Of a stretch of DNA of 64,000 bases, positions 47,482 to 57,866 are shown piece after piece (position 1 is the first letter of the stretch; the number at the start of each line of letters is the position of its first letter). Made by a program: the position numbers and the translations under genes. Below the pieces are notes generated by a model that saw only the letters and a program-made list of their open reading frames with translations, was not told the origin of the DNA and did not search any database. The stretch comes from an uncultured Gammaproteobacteria bacterium (GTDB lineage: Bacteria > Patescibacteriota > Patescibacteriia > UBA2591 > UBA6264): the NCBI GenBank assembly GCA_964596735.1, contig CAZQVF010000005.1, forward strand, positions 13,328 to 77,327, read 5' to 3'.

Positions 47482-50388
47482 TTATTTTTTCAACACTAGC
47501 CTAACCTTTTGTCCGTTTATCTCTATTTCTTTCTGAATTAAACTTTTATCTGAAATAGTTTGAAAGAGAATGTTTTTACTAACCGTATTTTTTTTAAATA
47601 ATTCTTTATATTTTTCCAAAATCTGTTTAATCTCCCTAGACTCTGTTTGACAAAATATATTAACTAAATCCTTTTGAGTCAAACCAGCTTTTTTTCGCAA
47701 AGCATTAATTTGACGAACAATTTCCCGAACCAATCCTTGTTCTTTTAATTCTAAACTAATCTCTGTATTTAAACATAATTCAATGCCACCCTCTTTTGTC
47801 GTCTTCCAATTATCTCCCTGAGGTAAATTTTTCTCAATTTCAATCTCTTTTATATTTAATTCATCCTTGATTAAATCAACTAAGCTATCTGAAACCCCAA
47901 CTCCTGAAACTATTAGTTTGGCCAAAGGTTGGCGAACTTTAATCCCTGCTTGAACCCGTAAATTATGCCCTAATTCACAAATTTTTCTTACCATCTGCAT
48001 TTCAGATAATAATTTTTCATTAATTAAATCTTCATCAAATTCAGGCCAATCTTGCAAATGAACAGACTCTTGTTTCCCATCTATATCTTGATATATGTAT
48101 TCAGCTAAGAAGGGGAGAAAAGGAGCCATGATTCTACTCAAATGAAACAAAATTCTTCTTAATGTTTTTAAGGCTTTTATCCTGGCCTCTTTGTCTTCTC
48201 CTCTAAACCTGCCTCTTGATCTTCTAATATACCAAGTAGATAAATCATTGACAAAATTAGGTATCTCCCGTACAGCGTTTAAGTCATACTTATCCATTCT
48301 TTTAGTAATATCTCTAGTTAACAAACTAAGTCGACTAGTAATCCATTGGTCAAGGACATGAGTAATGTCTTTATTTTTATCTAGATTCTCAACCTTAATA
48401 TCTCTTTTAAACATCTGGTAAAAAGTCAAAACGTTCATTAAAGTGGTAAAAAATCGACACTGTTCTTTTAAGTCTTTTTCAGAAAAACTTAAATCCTCTG
48501 CTTTCATTACTGAAGAATTTGTTAAATAATATCGTATTGCATCTGCACCATACTTTTCCATTACTTCTATCGGGTCTGGATAATTTCTTAAGTGTTTTGA
48601 CATTTTTTTACCGTCTTCGGCCAAAACCATACCATTAACAACTACGTTTTTAAAACAATTGGTGTTTTTAAGAGCCGTGGCTAAAATATGCAAATAATAA
48701 AACCAAGCCCGTGTATGATCAATTCCTTCGGCAATAAATTGAGCGGGAAAATTTTTTTCAAACCTCTCTTTGTTCTCAAAAGGATAATGTAACTGAGCAT
48801 ATGGCATTGCCCCTGATTCAAACCAACAATCTAAAACATCTGGGACTCTTCTCATTATTCCCTGGCATTTTTCACATTTAAAAGTGTATTTATCAACAAA
48901 ATGTTTATGAAGATCTTTAATTTTTTCTCCAGAAATTTCTTCTAATTCTTTGACTGAACCAAAAACTTTTTTTTCTCCGCATTTATCACATATCCAAACT
49001 GGAATAACTGAACCCCAAAATCTTTGTCTTGAAATTGACCAGTCTCTAGCCCCCTCTAACCATTTACCAAATCTTCCTTCTTTAATATGACTGGGGACCC
49101 AGTTAATCTCCCTGGCTGTTTTTAAAGCTTTTTCCCTAATTTTTGTCACATTAACAAATAAAGAAGAGGTCGCATAATTTAACAAAGGAGCATCACAACG
49201 CCAACAATGCGGATAAGAATGAACAAATGGAATCCTACTAAAAACCAACCCCTTTTTTTCTAAATAATCCAAGACTTTTTTGTCCGTACCCGCAGGATCG
49301 CTTTTGGGTTTTACTTCCTCACCTTTAAAATCAATAACATCATCTGTAAAATGTCCGTCCATTTTAACGTGTTGAATAAAAGGTAGCTCTTTTTCTTTCC
49401 CTAAATTCATATCATCCTCACCAAAAGCTGGAGCAATATGAACCACGCCGGTTCCGTCTTCTATAGTAACAAAGTCTGCCAACTGAACAGTATATAAATT
49501 TTGTTTATTTTCTAGATTTTTATCTAAATAATAATCGAATAATGGTCTATATTTTTTATTCTCTAATTCTTTGGCTTTAATATCTTTTAAAATTTTATAC
49601 TTTCTTCCTTCAAATATATTTTCTATGTTCTGCTTAACACAAATATATCTTTCTTTTCCTGATTCGACTAAAACATATTTTAAATTCTCTCCCATGGCCA
49701 AAGCGACATTTCCGGGTAGTGTCCAGGGTGTAGTCGTCCAAGCTAAAATATAAACGTCTGGCTGATCTATTAGTTCAAACTTAGCAATAACAGATATATC
49801 TTCAATGTCCTTATATCCTTCACTTACTTCATGTTGAGATAAGGTAGTTTCACACCGAGGACAAATATGCATTGATTTATAACTTTCATAAATCAATCCT
49901 TTATCCCACAACTCTTTGAATGCCCACCAAATGCTTTCCATGTAATCTTTATCCATTGTTTTATAGTCATTGTCCATATCTACCCAGCGCCCGAAACGGT
50001 AAATAATTTTTCTCCATTCTTCAGCATAAATTAAAACCTTGCTTCGACAGGTTTCATTAAATTTAGCGACCCCTAGTTCCTCAATTTGTTTTTTGCTTTT
50101 AATTTTCATTTCCCCTTCAACAATATTTTCAATTGGCAAGCCGTGGCAATCCCATCCCCATTTTCTTTCAACATGATATCCTTTCATTGTCCAATAACGA
50201 GGGACCACATCTTTCATTAAACTAGCAACCAAATGACCATAATGGGGGGTGCCTGTAGCAAAAGGGGGGCCGTCATAAAATACAAAATCACCTTGATTAG
50301 AAGATTTCCTTTTCAAGGACTTTTCAAAGGTTTTATCTTTATCCCAAAACCTTAGAATTTCTTTTTCAATTTGAGAAAAATTAAACAT
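47482..50388 (-). CDS. ileS: isoleucyl-tRNA synthetase (type 2)
   Basis: PPFATGTPHYGHL (HIGH), KMSKHLRNY (KMSKS), CP1 editing domain, C-terminal zinc-less extension. Confidence 0.95.
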   Translation of the reverse strand: MFNFSQIEKEILRFWDKDKTFEKSLKRKSSNQGDFVFYDGPPFATGTPHYGHLVASLMKDVVPRYWTMKGYHVERKWGWDCHGLPIENIVEGEMKIKSKKQIEELGVAKFNETCRSKVLIYAEEWRKIIYRFGRWVDMDNDYKTMDKDYMESIWWAFKELWDKGLIYESYKSMHICPRCETTLSQHEVSEGYKDIEDISVIAKFELIDQPDVYILAWTTTPWTLPGNVALAMGENLKYVLVESGKERYICVKQNIENIFEGRKYKILKDIKAKELENKKYRPLFDYYLDKNLENKQNLYTVQLADFVTIEDGTGVVHIAPAFGEDDMNLGKEKELPFIQHVKMDGHFTDDVIDFKGEEVKPKSDPAGTDKKVLDYLEKKGLVFSRIPFVHSYPHCWRCDAPLLNYATSSLFVNVTKIREKALKTAREINWVPSHIKEGRFGKWLEGARDWSISRQRFWGSVIPVWICDKCGEKKVFGSVKELEEISGEKIKDLHKHFVDKYTFKCEKCQGIMRRVPDVLDCWFESGAMPYAQLHYPFENKERFEKNFPAQFIAEGIDHTRAWFYYLHILATALKNTNCFKNVVVNGMVLAEDGKKMSKHLRNYPDPIEVMEKYGADAIRYYLTNSSVMKAEDLSFSEKDLKEQCRFFTTLMNVLTFYQMFKRDIKVENLDKNKDITHVLDQWITSRLSLLTRDITKRMDKYDLNAVREIPNFVNDLSTWYIRRSRGRFRGEDKEARIKALKTLRRILFHLSRIMAPFLPFLAEYIYQDIDGKQESVHLQDWPEFDEDLINEKLLSEMQMVRKICELGHNLRVQAGIKVRQPLAKLIVSGVGVSDSLVDLIKDELNIKEIEIEKNLPQGDNWKTTKEGGIELCLNTEISLELKEQGLVREIVRQINALRKKAGLTQKDLVNIFCQTESREIKQILEKYKELFKKNTVSKNILFQTISDKSLIQKEIEINGQKVRLVLKK

Positions 50389-50401
50389 ATTATATTAAAA
50401 A

Positions 50402-52300
50402 TTATTCTTTAGATTCTATTACGATTCCTTGATTTTGACCCCAAGGATCATCTTTTAAGTTGGTATCTAAAGCACTTGCTTGGTCAAAAATCAAATCACC
50501 TGTTAATTGGTCTTCTGCGGTTAACAATATATCTTCAGTTAAAAAAAGTAGCTGATTTAACTGGAATTTTTTAGGAACCATTTTTACTTCAAACTGCGCC
50601 TCAACTAATGAATAGGGGCCTCCTTGATAAATTGATAATTCCGGAATTTGCCAAGAAACTTCTTGGCCATCTTCTTGATAAAGAATCAGGCCGTGAGTTG
50701 TCTTTGTCTGGCCGGTCCAAATCACACTGTCTGGTAATTTTGTTTTAACAAAAATATTTTTAATCGGATTCGTGGTATTTTTAATCCGCCAGAAAATTGA
50801 AAAACGAGTTTCTTCTCCCACCTGCGGAGGTAAGGGCCCTTGCCCCAGGGGAATGTGTTCATCATCGTAATAACGAGCATCAGACTCTAGGTTCAGACTA
50901 GTTTTAATGGGTAGCTCAATCTTGTTTCCTTGCATCTCCCAAATAAAGTCCTCTTGGTTTAATCTTCCTTGTCCTAAAATTTCAAGGCTGATCTGTGCTT
51001 GCAGTTCACTCGCTTTTATTGCTTGTAAAGATGTTTTCAGGGGGAGATCAAAAACAACAATTCCCTCAGCCCCTGGCAAAATCTGCTCAAAAGCGGGTAT
51101 TAAACCTGAAGACCATCCCTTGATTTTATTGTCTGAAAAAATTTCTAAAGATTCACTTATAACCTCGGAGGAAAGTTTTTTTGAAATAAAGGCTGAAGAC
51201 GATTGAGAACTAGAACCCTGATAATAGTGCCAGCGAGACTGATAAAGTCTATCAAAATCCACATACTGACCGCCAGTTAATTTTAGCTTTAAAACAAAAT
51301 CCTTAATAGTTTGTTGACTTTGATTGTAATATGTAAGGCCAATCGGCAAAATTTGCCCCCAATCACAGCTCTGTACTTTTTCAATTAGACCATTTACTTC
51401 TAAGGCTATATTAAAATCAAACTTTTCAAGTAATATTTTTTTTTGTTTTTCAATTTGAGAAAAAAACTCTTTATTTTCAAAAACACCAGCCTGTAGATCA
51501 AACGTTAATTCATTAATAAGTGGATTTTTAAAAACACCTTCAAATTCAAGTCCCTTTTTATCTTTTGGATTTAAATCATTAATTTTCCACTTAAGTTGAC
51601 GCTCTGATTCTTTAATTTCAATTTCCTCTTCTTTATTATTTTCTAAAACAGATTTTGCCCTTGCTAATGTAAAATCACGAGACCAATTAATAATTACCTG
51701 AGCAGTAGGAATTATTTCCTCACTGATGTTTTCTAAAGATAGGTTTGACTCTATTTTCTGGCCAAAACTAGACTGTTCAGGAATTTGCCAAGCTAAAAAA
51801 ATTGATGGTGTTAACTTAATCGAAGAAGACAATGTTTTTTGAAACTCAGAAGAAAATCCGGCTAAACGAAAATTTAAAACGCCATCAAAATTTTGAGCTT
51901 GATCAGCTCGCCCAAAGAGCTGACCCTGAAGCTCAATCTCTTTTAATTCACCTTTTTTAATCTGGGCAAAAGACCAAAAACATCTTTGGGCCAACACCTG
52001 ACCGCAAGCTGGAGAACTTGATTTAAGGACAAATCCTTGAGGAAAATCTAAAACTACCTCAACCTGCTCTAAATTATGGCGTCCCTGATTTTTGATAAAA
52101 ACAAAAAATGTATTTTCTTGGCCAACTATTTGTTCTGCATGCCGATAAAACCAAAACCTAATGTCTTGATTCTTATTGTCTGATGGATCTTGGTTAAAAT
52201 AAAAAAGGCCTATCAGACTGATCCCCAGGACTAATATCAATAAAACAAAAACAAGGCCTAAAAAACTTGATCCTCTATTTTTTGGCTGATTTGTTTGCAT
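50402..52300 (-). CDS. hypothetical membrane-anchored surface protein with repeated beta-sandwich-like segments
   Basis: N-terminal TM helix (FLGLVFVLLILVLGISLIGLFYF) followed by ~600 aa of repetitive beta-rich sequence; no catalytic motif. Confidence 0.4.
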   Translation of the reverse strand: MQTNQPKNRGSSFLGLVFVLLILVLGISLIGLFYFNQDPSDNKNQDIRFWFYRHAEQIVGQENTFFVFIKNQGRHNLEQVEVVLDFPQGFVLKSSSPACGQVLAQRCFWSFAQIKKGELKEIELQGQLFGRADQAQNFDGVLNFRLAGFSSEFQKTLSSSIKLTPSIFLAWQIPEQSSFGQKIESNLSLENISEEIIPTAQVIINWSRDFTLARAKSVLENNKEEEIEIKESERQLKWKINDLNPKDKKGLEFEGVFKNPLINELTFDLQAGVFENKEFFSQIEKQKKILLEKFDFNIALEVNGLIEKVQSCDWGQILPIGLTYYNQSQQTIKDFVLKLKLTGGQYVDFDRLYQSRWHYYQGSSSQSSSAFISKKLSSEVISESLEIFSDNKIKGWSSGLIPAFEQILPGAEGIVVFDLPLKTSLQAIKASELQAQISLEILGQGRLNQEDFIWEMQGNKIELPIKTSLNLESDARYYDDEHIPLGQGPLPPQVGEETRFSIFWRIKNTTNPIKNIFVKTKLPDSVIWTGQTKTTHGLILYQEDGQEVSWQIPELSIYQGGPYSLVEAQFEVKMVPKKFQLNQLLFLTEDILLTAEDQLTGDLIFDQASALDTNLKDDPWGQNQGIVIESKE

Positions 52301-52357
52301 ACCAATATTTAGGCTAAAATATTCTTATCCCTAAATAAAGGATTATTCTTCGTCTGG

Positions 52358-52807
52358 TTATTCTTTTAACTGTTTAATTGTTGCAATTATTTGAGAGTCT
52401 TGGGCTAATTTCTGAACATATACGACATGTTGGCGGCTAATTTGCATTTCATTTTCTGGAGCATGAAGATCTGTCTCAACGCTTACCACCGTAATTTGAG
52501 GCTGAGGAGGCTCAACTCCCTCTTCAGTCGGCGGTAGTTGTTGAACTTGTAAATAATAAACATCTTGTAAAACAATTGTTTGCGAATTTTGCTTAACAAT
52601 ATGACCAAAATAAGTACGGCCATTAGTTAAAAAGAATCCATACCAAGCACCTCCCTTAACTGGTGAAACAAAAATTGTCATCACCAAAAAAGCAACAATC
52701 GCAACGAGAACAATAATGCCTACAATTAATAATACTAATCCTTTTTTTCCATTAGCTGCTTTACCTTTTGATACTAATGGTTCGGATTTTTTCATTGCTT
52801 CTGACAT
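52358..52807 (-). CDS. hypothetical single-pass membrane protein
   Basis: 149 aa; TM helix LVLLIVGIIVLVAIVAFLVMTIFV then a Pro/Gln-rich tail. Confidence 0.4.
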   Translation of the reverse strand: MSEAMKKSEPLVSKGKAANGKKGLVLLIVGIIVLVAIVAFLVMTIFVSPVKGGAWYGFFLTNGRTYFGHIVKQNSQTIVLQDVYYLQVQQLPPTEEGVEPPQPQITVVSVETDLHAPENEMQISRQHVVYVQKLAQDSQIIATIKQLKE

Positions 52808-52843
52808 TGTAATAAATTATTAACTCGATTAATTAAATATACC

Positions 52844-54043
52844 TTAACCTTTATTTATCTCCCTATAAACACTGAGGGTTTTTCTAGCACATTTCTCCCA
52901 AGTAAAATTTTTAACTCGGGTGTGGCCCTTAGTAATTAATTTCTTTTGTAAATTTTTATCCTCTAACAAAGTATACATTACTTGGGCTATTTGAGCAACA
53001 TTATAAGGATCAACCAAAATCGCTGCGCTTTTGACTACCTCAGGAATAGAAGAAATATTACTACTAAGTATAGGGACTCCCTTGGCCATAGCTTCAAGAA
53101 TTGGCAAACCAAAACCTTCATAGAGCGATGGAAAGACAAATAAACTGGCTCCACTGAAAAGTGCCCCCAAATCATCGGCTTGAACATAACCTGGCAAGAT
53201 AATGTCATTTTTATACTCTGAATCAGCTATCTTCTTTTTGATTTTTTTAAAGTCATATCCTTTAGCCCCAGCTAAAACAAGTTGGTATTTAGAAAAAATC
53301 CTTTGACTAATTTTTCTTTTACTCCTCGTATTAGACAATGGCTGGATTAACCGACCCCTAAAACGTTCATAAGCCTCAATAATCCGCATAATATTCTTTC
53401 TTGATTCAAGGGTTCCTAAAAAGAACAAATAATCTTTTTGAATATTATACTTCTTTTTCACTTTTCTAATTTCTGATAAAGTTCTTTTTTTAAAAAACCG
53501 TTGATCAATACCATGATATATGATTTCTGTCTTTTCCGCGTCTAAATTAAAAATTTCCTGTAAATCCTTAGCAGTTGATTTAGAAACAGCGATTATCTTT
53601 CTGGCTTCTTTAAGAACATTCGGAACAGTGGTTTTCAATAAGTGAAATTTTTCTGGAAAGGTTAATTCAGGAAATTTATAAAAAGCTAAATCATGGACAG
53701 TGATTATGCTGGGCCCTTGATAAGAACGAGGAAGGGACAAATTTGGTGAATGAAAAATATCTAATTTTTCCCTGTCTAATGTCGCATTGGCTAAAAGATG
53801 AGAAAGGCCGTCGGGCATTAATTTTTTATACTGAAGAAAGGGGAAAAATCTAATTAAAACATTTCTTTGTTTAAACTTATCTAATCTTCTCTTTTGAACT
53901 GAACGGTCAAAAAATAAAAAATAGGTGTTTTTTTTATCAATTTTTAATAAATGCCTGACTAATTGATATGTATAATGGCCCAGGCCAGCTCCTTCGCCTT
54001 TTTCTGGATGTAAAATTGTTCGACAATCAATCCCAATACGCAT
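52844..54043 (-). CDS. glycosyltransferase family 4
   Basis: EGFGLPILEAMAKGVPILSSN GT4 motif. Confidence 0.75.
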   Translation of the reverse strand: MRIGIDCRTILHPEKGEGAGLGHYTYQLVRHLLKIDKKNTYFLFFDRSVQKRRLDKFKQRNVLIRFFPFLQYKKLMPDGLSHLLANATLDREKLDIFHSPNLSLPRSYQGPSIITVHDLAFYKFPELTFPEKFHLLKTTVPNVLKEARKIIAVSKSTAKDLQEIFNLDAEKTEIIYHGIDQRFFKKRTLSEIRKVKKKYNIQKDYLFFLGTLESRKNIMRIIEAYERFRGRLIQPLSNTRSKRKISQRIFSKYQLVLAGAKGYDFKKIKKKIADSEYKNDIILPGYVQADDLGALFSGASLFVFPSLYEGFGLPILEAMAKGVPILSSNISSIPEVVKSAAILVDPYNVAQIAQVMYTLLEDKNLQKKLITKGHTRVKNFTWEKCARKTLSVYREINKG

Positions 54044-54065
54044 AATATTATAATATTATACCTTT

Positions 54066-54091
54066 TTGCTTTATTCGTAAAGTGCTATAAT
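54066..54091 (+). promoter_or_regulatory. extended -10 promoter for smpB (TTGCTT-N14-TGcTATAAT)
   Basis: TATAAT at 54086-54091 with TG two nt upstream; ATG at 54101. Confidence 0.4.
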
Positions 54092-54100
54092 GGGGATATT

Positions 54101-54556
54101 ATGAGTTCAATTACTGCTAATAAAAAAGCCTATCACGACTATGAAATTCTGCAATCTCTTGAAGCAGGGATTGTCCTTTCTGGACCTGAGGTTAAATCTA
54201 TTAAAGGGGGGCGGATTAACCTTTCTGGCGGTTATGTTAACATTGATTCAAAGGGAGCTGTTTGGTTAATAAATGTTCACGTTGACCCTTATGCCCCTGC
54301 CGCTCAAGTACAAAAAGACTATAACCCAACCCAAAGCAGAAAATTACTTTTAAATAAAAAAGAAATTGCCTCTTTAATGGGCAAAATCAAAACCAAGGGG
54401 TTAACGATCATTCCTCTTAAAGTTTATACTAAACACCGTATTATTAAAATTGAAATCGGCTTAGTTAGAGGGAAGAAGAAATGGGACAAAAGAGAAGATA
54501 TTAAAAAACGAGAAACAAAAAGAAAAATAGAACAAAGCCTCAAAAATTATTCTTAA
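54101..54556 (+). CDS. smpB: SsrA-binding protein
   Basis: NKKAYHDYEILQSLEAGIVLSGPEVKSIK...GLTIIPLKVY SmpB signature. Its partner tmRNA is at 62909-63257. Confidence 0.9.
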   Translation: MSSITANKKAYHDYEILQSLEAGIVLSGPEVKSIKGGRINLSGGYVNIDSKGAVWLINVHVDPYAPAAQVQKDYNPTQSRKLLLNKKEIASLMGKIKTKGLTIIPLKVYTKHRIIKIEIGLVRGKKKWDKREDIKKRETKRKIEQSLKNYS

Positions 54557-55064
54557 CTTTCTTTAAACTACTTAAAAATATATAAGCAATAACACCTCCG
54601 GCTAAGGCGGTCGCTAGTTGTGGCCAACTCATTATGCTCACTACTTTAGTGGCGATTTCTTTTTTTAAAAGCAAATTAATAACAACCGAGCTAGTAGTAA
54701 AAAGAAAAATAAATTTTAAGACACTAGCCACAATTATTCCTAGCCAATAATTTTTATTTCTTAGATGGGCAAAAGTAATAATTAAAATAGCATTGGATAA
54801 CATAATAAAAGGTATCATTGGGGCTAAAATGGCGGGCAATAAGCCAGTTGATAGGGCAATTACGCTAGGAATTAAGCCAATTAAAAGGGCGTATTCTATT
54901 CCTAATAAACAAACAGCAATGAAAAGGATTGCATTAACAATTGGTCCTGTAACGGGCTGAAAATGAAACAAAGGAGCAATGGTTACTACACTAGTCAAAA
55001 AAAGAAATGCTGTTAAATTAATAACCACTTTTTTATTTAAAATCAAGGTTTTAATTTTTTCCAT
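54540..55064 (-). CDS. small polytopic membrane protein (possibly an ECF-transporter S-component-like substrate binder)
   Basis: 174 aa with 5-6 TM helices; last gene of the hydrogenase string. Confidence 0.35.
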   Translation of the reverse strand: MEKIKTLILNKKVVINLTAFLFLTSVVTIAPLFHFQPVTGPIVNAILFIAVCLLGIEYALLIGLIPSVIALSTGLLPAILAPMIPFIMLSNAILIITFAHLRNKNYWLGIIVASVLKFIFLFTTSSVVINLLLKKEIATKVVSIMSWPQLATALAGGVIAYIFLSSLKKVKNNF

Positions 55065-55083
55065 AAATATAATTTTAAATTAA

Positions 55084-56823
55084 TTAATGTTGTCCAGGGG
55101 GTAAAATTTTAACCCCCTGCTTTTTATTTTGTGAATATTTAGTGTGGCAAACTAAATGAATCTTTTCCTTTTCGTTTAAAAATTCTTTATAAACTTTTTG
55201 AACAACCGGATTTTGGTGTGCTGATCTAATATTTTTTCTTTGATCAACCTTGTACAAACCCTTAGCCCGACTCGCTCTGATTTCTGAATCAACCGGGACC
55301 GGCTGACCTCCTCCACCAACACAGCCTCCAGGACAGGCCATTACCTCAATATAATCATAAGCAGGAGAATCACTTTTTAGCTCTTTTAAAATCCTTTTGG
55401 CTTGACCAATACCATTAATTACAGCTATTTTAAGGATATGATTCTTAATCTTAATCTTGGCTCTTTTAACTCCATCCATTCCTCGAACCTGTTCAAATTC
55501 TAATCTTTTTAAAGGCTTATTTGTTATTTTTTCTACTACTGTTCTCAGGGCAGATTCCATTACCCCACCTGTTGCCCCGTAGATAACACCAGCTCCTGAA
55601 GGAAAGCCCAAGGGTGTATCCAGCTTTTGAGGAACAAGTTTTTTTAAATCAATCTTTCTCTTTTTTAAGAGACTGGCTAATTCCCTGGTTGTTAAAACAT
55701 AATCTACCGGCAACAAACCATTAATTTTCAGCTCTTTTCTAGCAATTTCGTGTTTTTTGGCTACACAAGGCATAATAGAGACAACAATAATTTTCTTTGG
55801 GTCGATGCCTTGTTTTTTAGCCCAAAAAGTTTTTATTAAACCTCCCAAAATTATATGTGGCGAGCGAACAGTGGTCAGATTTGGAATAAATTCAGGGAAA
55901 TAAAATTCAACAAATTTTACCCAAGCAGGGCAACAAGATGTAAACATGGGCAACCTTCCTTTTCCTTTTAACCTTTTAGTAAATTCCTCTGCTTCTTCGA
56001 CTGTAGTAAAATCCGCTCCTACGCTTACATCAAAAACTTTTTCTACACCAAGTTTTTTTATCCCAGCCGCCAACTTTTCAGTAATAAGCGTGCCTAAAGA
56101 AATATCAAACTCCTCGCCAATACTTGTTCTAATTGAAGGAGCAAATTGAACAACAACTAATTTATCTTTTTGTTGAAAAGGTTTTTCAATTTCTTCAAAT
56201 TCTCCAACCCCTTCAAAAGCTCCAGCCGGACAATGAACAATACACTGTCCACAATAAATACAATCCTTATTTTTATCTTTAGTAGGTAATATTTTTGTAT
56301 GTACTCCCCTGTTTTTCATTTCTAAAAAACCGACTCCTTGTTTTTCACACATTTCAACACAATTATAACAATCGATGCACTTGGAAGAATCAAAAATAAG
56401 AGAATTCCCAAATCGATAAACTAGAAAATCTTTTTTCCTGTCAATAAATCGATTAGTCTTGAGTCGCTGTTTCTTTGCTAGTTTTAAAAGCTGACAACGG
56501 GCCTCCCAAACACAGTCATTACATTCTTCAAAATGTTGAGCAAAAATTAATTCTAAATTGATTCTTCTTGCTCTCCTAATTCTTGGTGTGTCAGTCATAA
56601 TTTCCATGCCTGGCTTAACTTTAGTGGAACAAGATGTTTGTAAGTCTTTAATGCCTTTTATTTTAACAATACAAATACAACAATTAGACTTTATCTCTAA
56701 ATCTGAATGATAACAAAATGCTGGAATTTCAATCCCATGTTTTTTAGCCACTTGAAAAACTGTCTGCCCCTCAAAAGCCTGGACTTTCTTTCCGTTAATG
56801 GTTATTTGAAATCTTTTATTCAT
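55084..56823 (-). CDS. hydA: [FeFe]-hydrogenase catalytic subunit HydA
   Basis: N-terminal 2Fe-2S and 4Fe-4S ferredoxin modules; H-cluster motifs TSCCPAW, MPCVAKKHE and EVMACPGGCVGGGGQP. Confidence 0.9.
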   Translation of the reverse strand: MNKRFQITINGKKVQAFEGQTVFQVAKKHGIEIPAFCYHSDLEIKSNCCICIVKIKGIKDLQTSCSTKVKPGMEIMTDTPRIRRARRINLELIFAQHFEECNDCVWEARCQLLKLAKKQRLKTNRFIDRKKDFLVYRFGNSLIFDSSKCIDCYNCVEMCEKQGVGFLEMKNRGVHTKILPTKDKNKDCIYCGQCIVHCPAGAFEGVGEFEEIEKPFQQKDKLVVVQFAPSIRTSIGEEFDISLGTLITEKLAAGIKKLGVEKVFDVSVGADFTTVEEAEEFTKRLKGKGRLPMFTSCCPAWVKFVEFYFPEFIPNLTTVRSPHIILGGLIKTFWAKKQGIDPKKIIVVSIMPCVAKKHEIARKELKINGLLPVDYVLTTRELASLLKKRKIDLKKLVPQKLDTPLGFPSGAGVIYGATGGVMESALRTVVEKITNKPLKRLEFEQVRGMDGVKRAKIKIKNHILKIAVINGIGQAKRILKELKSDSPAYDYIEVMACPGGCVGGGGQPVPVDSEIRASRAKGLYKVDQRKNIRSAHQNPVVQKVYKEFLNEKEKIHLVCHTKYSQNKKQGVKILPPGQH

Positions 56824-57809
56824 TTAGGTTGAATAACCTTTTTAATTAAAGTTGTAAAGGGCAAAGCCACATTTTTCCCAAAAGGACAAAAGCTGGTTTG
56901 ATCTAAGACAAATAATAAATCCCTAAGTGTTCTCTTGTCAATTTGTCTTTGATTTAAAATTTGCCTAACACGGTAAACCCCTTCTCTGCAAGGAACACAT
57001 TTTCCACAATTCTCTTTAAAAAAGAAATCAATCCATTTTTTCATTAAAAAATTTGGATTAGTTTTTCTAAGATTATAAACAAAAATTGTCCCGACTCCGC
57101 CTACTTTTTGGTTTAACTCCTTTAAGAGTAAAATGCGACCACTAGCTCCTCCTCCTGCCTGAACAAAAAAATCAAAGTTAGGCCAATTGTCTGTTTTTTT
57201 TAAAATCTGTTTCACGCTCAATCTTTCTGATAACTCATAAACATCTGGATTCTTTACCTTATTTAAAGAATAAAAGCGCGTTTTCTTGTACTTATTTTGG
57301 ATAATTTGCGCTATATAATAAAAAGTTTCTACATTGTTGACTAAAGTAGGATAACCCCAAAGTCCTTTTTCAGGCGGATATGGCGGGCGAGCCTGAGGGA
57401 TAGGATCTTTTCCTTCTAATGTTTGAATTAAAGTAGTTTCTTCTCCGCAAAGATACCCGGCTTGTTTTTTAAAAATCTTTATGGATAAATTATTAACTTT
57501 AATAATTTTTTCTAATGATGCTTTAAATTTTTGATAATAATCTTTACGAAGATAAATATAAGCTGAACTATGATCAATGGTTTTTAAAGCAATTTCGATT
57601 CCTTTGATTAATTCCTCTGGATAATTATGAAGAATAAAACCATCTTTAAATGTCCCTGGTTCTCCTTCAGATCCGTTACAAATAATATATTTCTTCTTCG
57701 CTGAAACCCTTTTAACCATTCCCCACTTTAAGCCAGTAGGAAATTCTGCTCCACCTCGTCCGGTTAAGCCAGAATCTTTTATTTTTTCAATTACATTTTG
57801 AGGACTCAT
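56820..57809 (-). CDS. NuoF-like flavoprotein subunit (hydrogenase beta subunit, truncated form)
   Basis: GRGGAEFPTGLKW NADH/FMN-binding signature and C-terminal 4Fe-4S CGKCVPCREG; only 329 aa. Confidence 0.75.
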   Translation of the reverse strand: MSPQNVIEKIKDSGLTGRGGAEFPTGLKWGMVKRVSAKKKYIICNGSEGEPGTFKDGFILHNYPEELIKGIEIALKTIDHSSAYIYLRKDYYQKFKASLEKIIKVNNLSIKIFKKQAGYLCGEETTLIQTLEGKDPIPQARPPYPPEKGLWGYPTLVNNVETFYYIAQIIQNKYKKTRFYSLNKVKNPDVYELSERLSVKQILKKTDNWPNFDFFVQAGGGASGRILLLKELNQKVGGVGTIFVYNLRKTNPNFLMKKWIDFFFKENCGKCVPCREGVYRVRQILNQRQIDKRTLRDLLFVLDQTSFCPFGKNVALPFTTLIKKVIQPK

Positions 57810-57840
57810 AGATTAGTTGAAAGTTAAGTGGTCGTCATCG

Positions 57841-57866
57841 GGGTGCCCGGAATCGAACCCGGGTCA
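57841..57866 (-). other. GC-rich tRNA T-arm-like hairpin between the zinc-ribbon gene and the NuoF-like gene
   Basis: Minus sense CCCGG-GTTCGATT-CCGGG then CACCCCG in an otherwise AT-rich spacer; no 5' tRNA half. Confidence 0.3.
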
